Below, in pieces: positions 1-9,936 of a stretch of DNA of 64,000 bases. The translations under genes and the position numbers were made by a program. The notes beneath the pieces were generated by a model. That model ran no database searches, was not told the origin of the DNA, and saw only the letters and a program-made list of their open reading frames with translations. This DNA comes from a virus: positions 1 through 64,000 of IMG/VR virus record IMGVR_UViG_3300047299_000128; one strand, given 5' to 3'. Numbering within the stretch: the stretch's first letter is position 1; each line of letters opens with the position of its first letter.

Positions 1-34
1 ATAAAACATAATTCTTTGTTGTTCTCCGAACAAC

Positions 35-277
35 TTAAAATCTATCTTGTGTTAAAGTTTCTTTAGGCTTTATGCCTTTATCTAGACTGATTTTCTCTTT
101 GAGTATTTTAAGGAATATTCGCTTTTCTTCTTCACTTATATTCCATAATTGATCGTAGCTTTGCCCGCTGTATATAGCTAATGTTGCAATGTCTTCGATT
201 ATGGCTTTTGTCTCTTCTTCTAATGTTTTTAGAAGTTTCATAATTTCAGGGCCCGACTTAAGAGCCAAAAGCCTCAT
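35..277 (-). CDS. small baseplate hub/tail assembly chaperone (GT-like / gp51-like C-terminal part)
   Basis: Overlaps the stop of 274..1116 (ATGA); has a 'YDQLWNISEEEKRIFL' helix pattern typical of tail-chaperone C-terminal parts; lies next to the tape measure gene. Confidence 0.5.
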   Translation of the reverse strand: MRLLALKSGPEIMKLLKTLEEETKAIIEDIATLAIYSGQSYDQLWNISEEEKRIFLKILKEKISLDKGIKPKETLTQDRF

Positions 278-1116
278 TCGAAAAAAGTTGTAGGATTCAA
301 GTCTAATTGTGATTCGTACTCTTGCCCGCAGTGTTTACATTCAACTTTAAACATTTTAGAAACTCCTAGTTCGCCTAAAGCTAGTATTCCGCGTTCTAAT
401 TTTTTAAAGTCTTGGTTGTTTAAATCTTTAACCCATTCGGTTATATGTTCTGGATTAGTAACACTAACTCCGTCTGGTAATAGCACTGTATCGACGCAGT
501 TTGCAACCACTTTTACATTTTGATCAGTTAGAGCTTGATAGCCTTGTTGTAACAAGTCCATTTTTGTTTTTTCGTCTGATCCTTGTTGTTCGGCTAGTTG
601 TATGTTTCGTACTTGTTCATACTGGGCCCAATTTAGATTTAGTAATTGTTTTAAATTAACAGGCTTAACAAATACTTTGATTCCGTCTTTAAGCTCGATG
701 GGATCTAGTACAGTGACAGTTTTAGCAGAAGCGATAAAGTAATCTAAATTCAATCTACTTTCTGTTTCAGCTTGTTCCGCACAATTGTGACTGGTAATAA
801 TATCCATTGATTCGTTATACGTACATCGACGAATAGCTAATAACAATATGTCTAAGTCGATGCTAGGAACTTCTTCGACATTTTTGATAGATGGCACGCA
901 ACTTTCTATCATTTTATAAATGGCAGTTCCGTTTAACAATGCATCTGCATTTTTAAGCATTAGCTCGTCCTTAGCAGTCATAGGGTACACTGGTATTTCT
1001 CCCATGTCATTTAAGTCGCTCGGCTTAACTGAATAAAACTTACCTTGGCTAGGTAACTTGATCCATATGCCAGGCTTTCTAAAATAACTTTTTAAAGGGT
1101 TGGTTTGATTTTCCAT
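274..1116 (-). CDS. baseplate hub assembly protein/chaperone (T4 gp26-like)
   Basis: NPLxxYFR..IKLPSQG, MTAKDELMLK, DLDILLLAIR, C-terminal CxxC and FF end, as in T4-like hub chaperones. Confidence 0.7.
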   Translation of the reverse strand: MENQTNPLKSYFRKPGIWIKLPSQGKFYSVKPSDLNDMGEIPVYPMTAKDELMLKNADALLNGTAIYKMIESCVPSIKNVEEVPSIDLDILLLAIRRCTYNESMDIITSHNCAEQAETESRLNLDYFIASAKTVTVLDPIELKDGIKVFVKPVNLKQLLNLNWAQYEQVRNIQLAEQQGSDEKTKMDLLQQGYQALTDQNVKVVANCVDTVLLPDGVSVTNPEHITEWVKDLNNQDFKKLERGILALGELGVSKMFKVECKHCGQEYESQLDLNPTTFFE

Positions 1117-1172
1117 AATTTTTCCTACTAAATATTGTATAAGATCTACTCTTATATTTATGTACGTATATA

Positions 1173-3386
1173 ATGGCTAACTCTGCAACGGCAATAGGTT
1201 TTTTACCAAACGGTGAACGAATTGAATTTACACTAAATGGTCTAGCCATGGCTGATCAAATAGACAAGCTGATTAAATTATCTGCTGCACAATTAAAAGA
1301 ATGGAATATCGACAGTAAAGATGCTCAAGCTGCATTTGATGATCTTGCAAAAGCTACTACTGAAGCAACAGAATCAACAACTACTTTTAGCAAGGGTGTA
1401 AAAAAACAAACTAAAACGGTTGACGATGCATTAACGGATTTACAAACAACGTTACGTCCATTGGTAAGAGGAAATGTTGGACAAGTATTGGAAAACTTTG
1501 GCGGCATATTGCCAAAGATAACACTAGGTATCGGTTCTGTTATTGGCGGATTAGTTGGATACGCAGACAGTATTAAAGACAGCTTACAACGAGGAATAAG
1601 CGGTAATATTTTTGATATAGCTATTGCAGCAAAATCCGCCGGACTTACTATAAGCGAATTTAATAAAGCTATTGCAGAAACAGGCGGTAGCTTTTCGGCA
1701 TTAGGAACAGGCGCAACTGACGGCGCTAAACAATTTGGTGCATTAGTAGGCAATGTCCGAGAAGCAACTAAAAGCGTAGGTAACTTTGGTATGAGCAATG
1801 ACCAATTGGCTCAACTAACTGCTCAGCAAGTTAAAGTAGCAGTAGCCCAGGGATTTAAAGGTAAACAGGCGCAAGAAGTTGTAGTTAGAAACTCTCGAGT
1901 ATTAGGGCAGGAACTAGATAATTTAGCAAACAGAACAGGTAAAAGCACATTAGAGTTAGCACAAGCTGCCGCTAAAATGGCGCAAGACCCATTAGTTGCA
2001 AACTTTGTTAGAAGTGCAAAACAAGGTAGCCAACAAGTGAGTGCTGCATTACAAACATTTACGGCAAGCATTAAAGGATTATTCGGCGAACAAGGTGATC
2101 AAATTGCAAAAGATGCATTGCAAAGTGCATTAAGTGGGCTACCTATGGTTGTTACACAAACAGGTAAGAACATGATACTTGCTGGTTCTAGCATTTATAC
2201 AGAAATAGAACGCCAGGCTCAAGCAGCTAGCCGCGGCGAAAAAGTCACCGATGCTGACCGTGCAAGATTACGTGAAATGATTGTTAGCGAAACAAAAACA
2301 CGAAGTGCAGAGCTTAACCAATTTGCATTATTAGGAGGCGCAGTAGGAGACAGTGCTAAACAATTATTAGCTATGGCAAACGAAGCAGAAAATTATAATT
2401 CTGCAGAAAACGTTAAACGCAGAGCACAAGATAAAACAGCGTTAGAATTTAATGCATCTATTAGAGATTTCCAAGCAAACATGCAAGCATTGGCTATTCC
2501 ATTTTTGCAATTAATAAACAACATCAATTGGGGTGCATTTATTTCTGTAATTAGTACAGTACTGGGGGTATTTAATAAGATAGCAGAAGTAGTTGGTTCT
2601 GTTATAGATGGACTGTTTAATTGGATTCCTGGTTTAGAAACAGTGCATGGAATATTAGGTACATTAGTCGGCGGCTTTTTAGGATTAAGTGCGGTATTAG
2701 TAGGAGGCATTGCATTGCAAAAGTTATATAAAGCAACCACCGAACAAGTAGTTTCGCAATTTCAATTACTATTACCCACTATCAATAAGCTAAGAGCTAC
2801 AATCGAATTGACTCATGCAATGGCAAACGGTCAGTCTCCTGGTAGAGGAAAAATAGGAAGAATAGCAGCAACTGGTGCAGTAATAGCAGAATCAGCTATA
2901 CCAAAAGGCAATACAATGGGTGCAAAATTGGGCAGGATGGGAATGTTATCAATAGGATCTGGATTAGCAGGCGCGGGCATAAGTGCAGCCGGGCAAGCAA
3001 TAGGACCCGAGTCCGCAGCAGGTAAGTCATTGGGCGTATTAGGCGGCGCAGTCGCAGGCGCAGGCACTGGAGCTTCTTTTGGTATGTTATTGGGTCCTAA
3101 AGGTGCGTTAGCAGGCGCTATTATCGGCGGTGTAGTTGGCGGTATTAAAGAAGCATTTGGCGGCTCGAGTGAACAATCTGCTAAAGATGAATTACAAAAC
3201 GAACAATTGAGTGCTGCACAAAAAGCAGAAAAAGACATGAAAGACACACTGTTATTAAACCAACAAGTGCTATCTAGCCTACGAGGAATCCACGAAGAAG
3301 CTCAATATAACACTCAAATTAACTCTCGTGGGGTTAGTTATCAAGCTTCTACAGACCGCAAGATTAGTAACCTGCAGGACCGATAA
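1173..3386 (+). CDS. tape measure / baseplate hub protein
   Basis: 737 aa, helical and Ala/Gly/Gln-rich, with hydrophobic and Gly-zipper segments; divergent from the chaperone genes. Confidence 0.65.
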   Translation: MANSATAIGFLPNGERIEFTLNGLAMADQIDKLIKLSAAQLKEWNIDSKDAQAAFDDLAKATTEATESTTTFSKGVKKQTKTVDDALTDLQTTLRPLVRGNVGQVLENFGGILPKITLGIGSVIGGLVGYADSIKDSLQRGISGNIFDIAIAAKSAGLTISEFNKAIAETGGSFSALGTGATDGAKQFGALVGNVREATKSVGNFGMSNDQLAQLTAQQVKVAVAQGFKGKQAQEVVVRNSRVLGQELDNLANRTGKSTLELAQAAAKMAQDPLVANFVRSAKQGSQQVSAALQTFTASIKGLFGEQGDQIAKDALQSALSGLPMVVTQTGKNMILAGSSIYTEIERQAQAASRGEKVTDADRARLREMIVSETKTRSAELNQFALLGGAVGDSAKQLLAMANEAENYNSAENVKRRAQDKTALEFNASIRDFQANMQALAIPFLQLINNINWGAFISVISTVLGVFNKIAEVVGSVIDGLFNWIPGLETVHGILGTLVGGFLGLSAVLVGGIALQKLYKATTEQVVSQFQLLLPTINKLRATIELTHAMANGQSPGRGKIGRIAATGAVIAESAIPKGNTMGAKLGRMGMLSIGSGLAGAGISAAGQAIGPESAAGKSLGVLGGAVAGAGTGASFGMLLGPKGALAGAIIGGVVGGIKEAFGGSSEQSAKDELQNEQLSAAQKAEKDMKDTLLLNQQVLSSLRGIHEEAQYNTQINSRGVSYQASTDRKISNLQDR

Positions 3387-3421
3387 CACATAATAAATAT
3401 ACAACAGGATACACAAATACA

Positions 3422-5134
3422 ATGTCGTGGAGAAAACACTTTCAGATTCCCCAAACTGCTAATGAAATAGCCAAGGGTAAAAATAACTCATCTGCTCATA
3501 ACGGATCGAGCACTAAATTTAACAGCTGGTTAAAGGACGTTTATACAGGCGCACCAAACCGTGTTGACCGTTATACTCAATATGAAATCATGGATGCCGA
3601 TAGCGAAGTTAATGCAGCATTAGATACTATTGCAGAATTTTGCACACAATTCGATTTCGAAAGCAATTTGCCTTTTAAAATTGAGCACTTTAACGAGCCA
3701 ACAGACGCCGAAGTAAACGTATTATCAAGAACACTTCGTCAGTGGTGTTTAATCAATGATTGGAACAAGCGTATTTGGCGCATGATGCGTAACGCATTTA
3801 AGTATGGAGATCAATTCTTTATTCGAGATCCAGAAACTTATGAATTATATTATGTAAGTGCTGAAGATGTTAGTAAGTTAATTATTAACGAAGCTAAAGG
3901 TAAAGAAGTAGAGCAATTTATTATGAAAAACATCAGTTTAGATGTTGTTAATAAAGTTGCATCTGAGCCATTAATCACTGATAATAGCTTTGGTCCTGCA
4001 CAATTTTCTAAAACTTCTTTTACTCAATTTGCCAGCCCGCAAGCCGCAGGCAATAGCAATCAAGCAGAAACCGCAGTTAATGCCAGTCACGTAGTTCATT
4101 TAAGCCTAAGTGAAGGCATGGATACTAACTTTCCGTTTGGTACTAGTATTTTAGAAGCGGTGTATAAAGTATACCAGCAAAAGAGTTTGTTGGAAGATAG
4201 TATTATTATCTATCGAGTACAACGTGCTCCGGAACGCCGCGTATTTTACATTGACGTTGGTAACATGCCAGCTAACATGGCTATGTCATTCGTCGAGCGT
4301 GTTAAAAACGAAATTCATCAAAGACGTATTCCAAGCCGCACTGGCGGCGGTACTAGTATTATGGACAGTAGCTATAATCCGTTAAGCATGTTAGAAGATT
4401 ACTTCTTTGCCCAAACAGCAGAAGGTCGCGGTTCTAAAGTTGAAGTATTACCGGGCGGCGACAACTTAGGTCAAATTGATGACTTAAAGTATTTTACTAA
4501 CAAGCTAATGCGAGCTTTGCGCATTCCTAGTAGCTATATGCCAACTGGTCCGGATGACGGCACCGCGGTTTATAATGACGGCCGAGTAGGTACGGCATTC
4601 ATTCAAGAATACAGATTTAACAAATATTGCCAAAGATTACAAAACTTAGTTGTAGGTTCGCTAGATAAAGAATTTAAAATGTTCTTGAAGAAAAAAGGTG
4701 TCGAGCTAGATTCTAGTACATTTAGTTTAAGTTTCTTACCTCCGCAGAGCTTTAGCGAATACAGAGAAATTGAAGTTAATAATGCCCGTGCTGCTGTATT
4801 TGGGCAGTTAGCCGAAGTTCCATACTTAAGCCGTAGATTTGTATTGGCAAAATATTTAGGCCTAACAGAAGAAGAAATTGTAGAAAACGAAACCAAATGG
4901 AAAGAAGAAAATCCAGACGGTACAGAAACTAACGCAGAAGCAGATGCTGCAATGGCGCAGGGAGATTTAAACTCGCTCGGCTTGCAACGCCCTGCTGAAG
5001 AAGATATGAGTCAGTTGGATGATCTAGAACAAGCTCCTCCGACAGAGCCAGGTGCAGAAGTACCTAGCCCATTAGGCGGGACGCCAGCTCCTGCTCCAAC
5101 AGCACCAGGAGGACCCGCAAATGCGCCTCAATGA
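3422..5134 (+). CDS. gp20: portal protein (T4 gp20-like)
   Basis: LEDSIIIYRVQRAPERRVFYIDVGNMP, MLEDYFF, GRGSKVEVLPGG motifs. Confidence 0.95.
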   Translation: MSWRKHFQIPQTANEIAKGKNNSSAHNGSSTKFNSWLKDVYTGAPNRVDRYTQYEIMDADSEVNAALDTIAEFCTQFDFESNLPFKIEHFNEPTDAEVNVLSRTLRQWCLINDWNKRIWRMMRNAFKYGDQFFIRDPETYELYYVSAEDVSKLIINEAKGKEVEQFIMKNISLDVVNKVASEPLITDNSFGPAQFSKTSFTQFASPQAAGNSNQAETAVNASHVVHLSLSEGMDTNFPFGTSILEAVYKVYQQKSLLEDSIIIYRVQRAPERRVFYIDVGNMPANMAMSFVERVKNEIHQRRIPSRTGGGTSIMDSSYNPLSMLEDYFFAQTAEGRGSKVEVLPGGDNLGQIDDLKYFTNKLMRALRIPSSYMPTGPDDGTAVYNDGRVGTAFIQEYRFNKYCQRLQNLVVGSLDKEFKMFLKKKGVELDSSTFSLSFLPPQSFSEYREIEVNNARAAVFGQLAEVPYLSRRFVLAKYLGLTEEEIVENETKWKEENPDGTETNAEADAAMAQGDLNSLGLQRPAEEDMSQLDDLEQAPPTEPGAEVPSPLGGTPAPAPTAPGGPANAPQ

Positions 5135-5324
5135 AGTTAAATTAGGACACACAGATCCTGCAGAAAACGAGTTTGGTCAAGCAAAAAAACTTGATACTCG
5201 TAGACCAAGACTAACACTCGAGCACTTGAATAAATTAAGAAAAATGCGCGAGATTAGACGACTCGATGTCGAGAAACGCAAAGATTTTTATAAAACGATA
5301 TATCAACGCCCTCCGGCAATGTAA
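5121..5324 (+). CDS. small head-assembly protein
   Basis: Between portal and core genes; MRLNE start resembles a prohead-protease cleavage site; basic C-terminus. Confidence 0.6.
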   Translation: MRLNEVKLGHTDPAENEFGQAKKLDTRRPRLTLEHLNKLRKMREIRRLDVEKRKDFYKTIYQRPPAM

Positions 5325-5446
5325 ATCGTCTATACTTACTCTGGTTTTCTTAGAGAAAACTGCGTTTTTAATGCCATTTTAATAATATTTTTTAAATATC
5401 CTGTAAATACATTACAGACAAACCACTTTGGCCAAAGGAGATTACA

Positions 5447-6277
5447 ATGTCTAAACATACATTAGAACAAGTTTTAGAGGCCTTAATTAACAAGGAAGAA
5501 GATCGTGCGAGCGAATTGCTACATCAATTTTTTGTTGCTAAAGGCAAAAGCATTTACGAAGAACTAAGTCAGTTCGACGAAACTGCTGAAGAAGAATTAG
5601 ATGAATCCGAAGAGGATTTAGAAGAAGGTATCGGCGGAGCAGCTGGTGACGATTTCGAAGATGAAATCATTGCCGACGAATCCGACTTAGATGACGAACA
5701 ATTATTCGGCGAAGCCGAAGGCGACGACGAAGAAGCCGACGCTATGAGCGCAGACGAACCAAGCGAAGATGAAGCAACTGCTGATTTAGCTATGGGTGAC
5801 GACACTGGTGCAGAAGAACCTGCTGCTGGTGCCGAAGGTGGCGCTGAAGAAGCATTGCAAAAAGTCGATGATGCATTGGCTGATTTGAAAGCTATTTTTG
5901 CTGACCTAATGGGCGGCGAAGGTGCCGACGAACCTGCTGCCGATGCTGGCGCAGAAGATGCTCCTGCAGACGACGAATTTGCAGCAATGGGTGAAAGCGT
6001 TAGCTTAAAATCAGTTAGCAAGCCAACACCAGGCGACAATGGACAAAATACAAAGAGCCCAGTAAGCAATGGATCTAAGATCAGTGCTAATGGTGCTAAA
6101 GCAGTTAACTTTACAGGCGAAGCCGATGCAGGTCAAGCTACTCCAAGCAGCAAGACTGATGACATGGGCAACGTGAACAAAGTTGGCAATGCAAAAGCTC
6201 CAGCATTAAAAGGCGTAAGCGTTCCTAAGAACAGCGATGCCGCTAGCAACAAGACTAGTCCAGTAGCAAAGGCTTAA
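5447..6277 (+). CDS. acidic prohead core/scaffold protein
   Basis: Very Asp/Glu-rich, AAGGAG RBS, located between portal and protease. Confidence 0.7.
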   Translation: MSKHTLEQVLEALINKEEDRASELLHQFFVAKGKSIYEELSQFDETAEEELDESEEDLEEGIGGAAGDDFEDEIIADESDLDDEQLFGEAEGDDEEADAMSADEPSEDEATADLAMGDDTGAEEPAAGAEGGAEEALQKVDDALADLKAIFADLMGGEGADEPAADAGAEDAPADDEFAAMGESVSLKSVSKPTPGDNGQNTKSPVSNGSKISANGAKAVNFTGEADAGQATPSSKTDDMGNVNKVGNAKAPALKGVSVPKNSDAASNKTSPVAKA

Positions 6278-6281
6278 TACC

Positions 6282-6917
6282 ATGTCTTTACCATTAGTAG
6301 AATCTTTAACTTACGATCAAGCAGGTATGCGTACCCAATTGATCGAAAACAGCCATGGCGGCAAGGATCTCTACATGGAAGGTATTTTTATTCAAGGCGG
6401 GGTTAAAAACCAGAACCAGCGTGTTTACCCCGTTAATGAAATTGCCAAGGCATGTAATATCATTGCTGAAAAAATTAAAAACGGTTATTCTGTTTTAGGT
6501 GAAGCCGATCACCCAGATGACCTACAAGTTAACCTAGACCGTGTTAGTCACATGATTACAAACATGTACATGAACGAAAACAACGGTATTGGTAAGCTAA
6601 AAATCCTACCTACACCAATGGGTAACATCGTAAAAACTCTTTTAGAGAGTGGTGTTAAACTAGGCGTTTCAAGTAGGGGTTCGGGTAACGTCAATGAATC
6701 TGGTGGCGTTACTGATTTTGAAATTGTCACGGTGGACATCGTGGCACAACCGAGTGCTCCTAGCGCATATCCGAAAGCAATTTACGAACGTGTAATGATG
6801 GATCGTAGACGTAACGCCCTTATGGACGTTGCAGGCTCTGCAAGATATGATAATGCTGCACAAAAATACCTCAAGGAAGAGGTTCTCAGGTTCATCAATA
6901 ACCTAAATAAAAAATAA
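6282..6917 (+). CDS. gp21: prohead core protease (T4 gp21-like)
   Basis: NQNQRVYP, GEADHP, LGVSSRGSG, DIVAQPSAP motifs. Confidence 0.95.
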   Translation: MSLPLVESLTYDQAGMRTQLIENSHGGKDLYMEGIFIQGGVKNQNQRVYPVNEIAKACNIIAEKIKNGYSVLGEADHPDDLQVNLDRVSHMITNMYMNENNGIGKLKILPTPMGNIVKTLLESGVKLGVSSRGSGNVNESGGVTDFEIVTVDIVAQPSAPSAYPKAIYERVMMDRRRNALMDVAGSARYDNAAQKYLKEEVLRFINNLNKK

Positions 6918-6927
6918 GGGGACAAAG

Positions 6928-8031
6928 ATGAGCGGAATTAAAGAACTATTCGGCACTGGGATTTTATCTGAGGAAGTTCAAAGCCAACTACAAGAAGCAT
7001 GGGAAAGCCAAGCTAAAGTATTGCGTGAAGAAGTGGAAGCTACTTTACGTGAAGAATTTAGCCAACGCTACGAACATGACAAAGGCTTGATTGTAGAAGC
7101 TGCGGACAAAATGATTTCCGAAGCTATCCGTAAAGAATTAGAAGAATTAACAATTGACAAGCGCGAACTTGTAGAAGCGAAAGTTTCTTACAAGAAGCTA
7201 GTTAAAGAACATGCTAAACTTCTAAACAAATTCGTTATGGAACAATTAGCTAATGAAGTTAAAGAACTTAGAGAAGATCGCACTGCTCAGAAAGCAAACT
7301 TTGAAAAACTTGAAGAATTTGCTCTTAAGAAACTAAGCAACGAACTACGTGAGTTGAAAGAAGACGAAGACAAGTTAGTCAAGGCTCGTGTAGACCTTGT
7401 AAAAGAAGGTCGCAAAGTCATTGCAGAAGCCAAAGCAAAATTCATTAAAGAAGCTGCTGTTAAAGCAGAAAAACTTCTTACTGAAACGCTACGCACAGAA
7501 ATCACCCAGCTACGTGAAGACATTCAAGTTAGCCGTGAAAACGCTTTTGGTCGTAAGATTATGGAAGCATTCGCAGGTGAATTCATGGCAAGTGGATTCG
7601 CAGATGGCACTCAAGTAAAGAAACTTGGTGATCAGTTAGCTGCTATTACTGTTAAATTAGACGAGTCTAAAAAGATCGTCGAAGGTAAGAACGCAGAAAT
7701 TGCTCAAGCGCAAGCAAAAATTCGTATTGCTGAAGACACTGTAAAGCGTCAAGCAATTATGCAAGAGTTGGTAGCTCCGCTAGGTAAAGAAAAGCGCGAG
7801 ATCATGGAAGATCTGTTAAAGACAACTAAGACAGAAACACTACGTGAATCATACAACAAATATCTACCAGCTGTGTTAAATGAAACTACAGTGAAGCCAG
7901 CAGGCAAATCTGTTATTTCTGAAAGCGCAACATCGCAGAAGACTGCGATAACAGGCGACAAAACTTCTAGTGAGAACTCTGCACCAGCAGATATCATTTC
8001 ACTAAGAAAATTAGCCGGTATTGGAAAGTAA
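6928..8031 (+). CDS. gp22: prohead scaffolding protein (T4 gp22-like)
   Basis: Glu/Lys-rich coiled coil between protease and capsid genes; ends LRKLAGIGK. Confidence 0.85.
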   Translation: MSGIKELFGTGILSEEVQSQLQEAWESQAKVLREEVEATLREEFSQRYEHDKGLIVEAADKMISEAIRKELEELTIDKRELVEAKVSYKKLVKEHAKLLNKFVMEQLANEVKELREDRTAQKANFEKLEEFALKKLSNELRELKEDEDKLVKARVDLVKEGRKVIAEAKAKFIKEAAVKAEKLLTETLRTEITQLREDIQVSRENAFGRKIMEAFAGEFMASGFADGTQVKKLGDQLAAITVKLDESKKIVEGKNAEIAQAQAKIRIAEDTVKRQAIMQELVAPLGKEKREIMEDLLKTTKTETLRESYNKYLPAVLNETTVKPAGKSVISESATSQKTAITGDKTSSENSAPADIISLRKLAGIGK

Positions 8032-8049
8032 TAATTAAAGGAGACTATT

Positions 8050-9225
8050 ATGTCTGAGAAACTTTTCGAAGCCCAAAATTGGACTGCTACTAAAGACGTT
8101 CTACTAGAAGGGCTTAATGGCAACCGTAAGGCTGTCATGGAATCTGTGTTAGAAAACACACGCAAAAACATTATGGAATCTGCTTCTGCAGGTGCTACAC
8201 AATCTGGCAACATCGCCGTTCTTAACAAGGTTATTTTACCTGTTATCCGTCGTGTTATGCCAACAGTTATTGCTAACGAAATTATTGGTGTTCAACCAAT
8301 GACAGGTCCAGTTGGTCAAATCCATACTCTACGTGTTCGTTATGCTGAAACTGCTGCTGGCGTTACTGCTGGTAGTGAAGCTCTAAGCCCATTCAACATT
8401 GCTAAAGCATACTCCGGTAACGGCGATGTAAGCAATCCAGGTGGTGTTTCTACAGCAAGCATGGAAGGCGAAGTTGGTAAAAAACTAAGCATTCAAGTAT
8501 TGAAGCAAACAGTTGAAGCTAAGACACGTAAGATGTCTGCTCGCTGGACATTTGAAGCTGCTCAAGACGCACAAGCTATGCACGGTTTGGACGTTGAAGC
8601 AGAAATCATGGCAGCTTTAGCACAAGAAATTACTGCTGAAATCGACCAAGAGTTACTAGGTAAACTACGTGCTCTAAGTGGTACAGCGGTTCACACATTC
8701 GACCAAGGCGCTGGCGTATTCACTGGTACTGCAACTTATGTTGGTGACCAGCACGCTGTATTGGCAATTCAAATCAATGATGTTGCTAACCGTATCGCTC
8801 AACGCACACGTCGTGGCGCTGGTAACTTCGTAGTTGTTAGCCCAACAGCATTGACAGTTTTACAATCTGCTACTACAAGTGCATTTGCTCGTACTACAGA
8901 AGGTACTTTCGAAGCTCCAACAAACACAAAGTTCGTTGGTACATTGAACAGTTCTGTTCGTGTATATGTTGACAGCTATGCTGATGCAACAACTCCAATC
9001 TTAATTGGTTATAAAGGTCCTAATGAAATGGACGCCGCAGCATTCTACTGCCCATATATCCCATTGATGAGCTCTGGTGTTGTTCTAGACCCAACTACTA
9101 TGGAACCTGTAGTTAGCTTCATGACTCGTTATGGTTATGTTGAGTTAACAAATACAGCTTCTTCTTTAGGTAACGCAGCAGATTACTTAGGTAAGATTGC
9201 TATGGGTACTGTTAAGTACGCTTAA
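8050..9225 (+). CDS. gp23: major capsid protein (T4 gp23-like)
   Basis: IIGVQPMTGPVGQI, VEAKTRKMSARWTFEAAQD, FYCPYIPL, MTRYG motifs. Confidence 0.97.
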   Translation: MSEKLFEAQNWTATKDVLLEGLNGNRKAVMESVLENTRKNIMESASAGATQSGNIAVLNKVILPVIRRVMPTVIANEIIGVQPMTGPVGQIHTLRVRYAETAAGVTAGSEALSPFNIAKAYSGNGDVSNPGGVSTASMEGEVGKKLSIQVLKQTVEAKTRKMSARWTFEAAQDAQAMHGLDVEAEIMAALAQEITAEIDQELLGKLRALSGTAVHTFDQGAGVFTGTATYVGDQHAVLAIQINDVANRIAQRTRRGAGNFVVVSPTALTVLQSATTSAFARTTEGTFEAPTNTKFVGTLNSSVRVYVDSYADATTPILIGYKGPNEMDAAAFYCPYIPLMSSGVVLDPTTMEPVVSFMTRYGYVELTNTASSLGNAADYLGKIAMGTVKYA

Positions 9226-9250
9226 TCAAGCAACTGGTTTAAAACCAATT

Positions 9251-9279
9251 ACAAAAGGACCGCAAGGTCCTTTTGTTGT
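9251..9279 (+). terminator. intrinsic terminator after the capsid gene
   Basis: AAAAGGACC-GCAA-GGTCCTTTT hairpin with GNRA loop and U-tract. Confidence 0.9.
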
Positions 9280-9280
9280 T

Positions 9281-9288
9281 TATAAATA
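9281..9288 (+). promoter_or_regulatory. T4-type late promoter TATAAATA
   Basis: Exact T4 late consensus just after the terminator. The (TA)TAAATA core also precedes genes at 1129, 3394, 5404, 17570, 17581, 18143, 22154, 22423, 30122, 32388, 34818, 37405, 40429, 41706, 59222, 63017 (+) and 1155, 26838, 59200, 63003 (-). Confidence 0.8.
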
Positions 9289-9295
9289 TTACATA

Positions 9296-9526
9296 ATGTT
9301 TAAAACTGTTGAACACTCTGTTAAATTGCAACGCATGGCAATTTGTAATACATGCGACTTATTTTCTAAAAAATACGAAACGTGTAAATCGTGTGGTTGT
9401 TATATGCCAGCAAAAACAACATTTGCAGAGTCCGAATGCCCAAACGGATTATGGCAAACAGCCGAACCCGGTCAAAGTTTAATAAATAAGATAGAGGAAC
9501 TGATTCTCGAAAGCTGGAACAAATAA
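9296..9526 (+). CDS. small Cys-rich metal-binding protein
   Basis: Start moved to ATG 9296, after the terminator and late promoter; CxxC...CxxCGC...CP..W pattern. Confidence 0.7.
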   Translation: MFKTVEHSVKLQRMAICNTCDLFSKKYETCKSCGCYMPAKTTFAESECPNGLWQTAEPGQSLINKIEELILESWNK

Positions 9527-9927
9527 TGTCTGAACTATACACACGATTACACGGAACTACAACGGACAGTTTTAAAATCGGCTTTAATAACGAAAGAGTC
9601 ATTGTAAGCGGGCAAACAGTAAATAATTTATCTGCTACTTTGGTCGATAGAAATTCTCAACAACCAGCACTTAAATCGACGGCATTTTTTACGGCAAACG
9701 TTATTGCAAAAGGAGTGACTGGTGTTGCATCTTTTGAATTAAAAGGTTCATACATACAAGGAACTACAGTTGCAGGCGGATATGTAGTTACGACATTTTT
9801 AAACAATGCAAATTTTTCCGAACCAATTGTTACATTTACTGCGCAAGGTATTATGAATTTAATTTGTATTGGTAAGCAAGGCGACACTATTGCATGGACA
9901 GCATTAGTTGATATTGTTTCTATATAA
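9526..9927 (+). CDS. putative virion structural protein (beta-rich fibre-associated domain)
   Basis: Beta-strand-rich, ends 'IAWTALVDIVSI'; first gene of the fibre cluster. Confidence 0.5.
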   Translation: MSELYTRLHGTTTDSFKIGFNNERVIVSGQTVNNLSATLVDRNSQQPALKSTAFFTANVIAKGVTGVASFELKGSYIQGTTVAGGYVVTTFLNNANFSEPIVTFTAQGIMNLICIGKQGDTIAWTALVDIVSI

Positions 9928-9936
9928 GAGTAAAAT

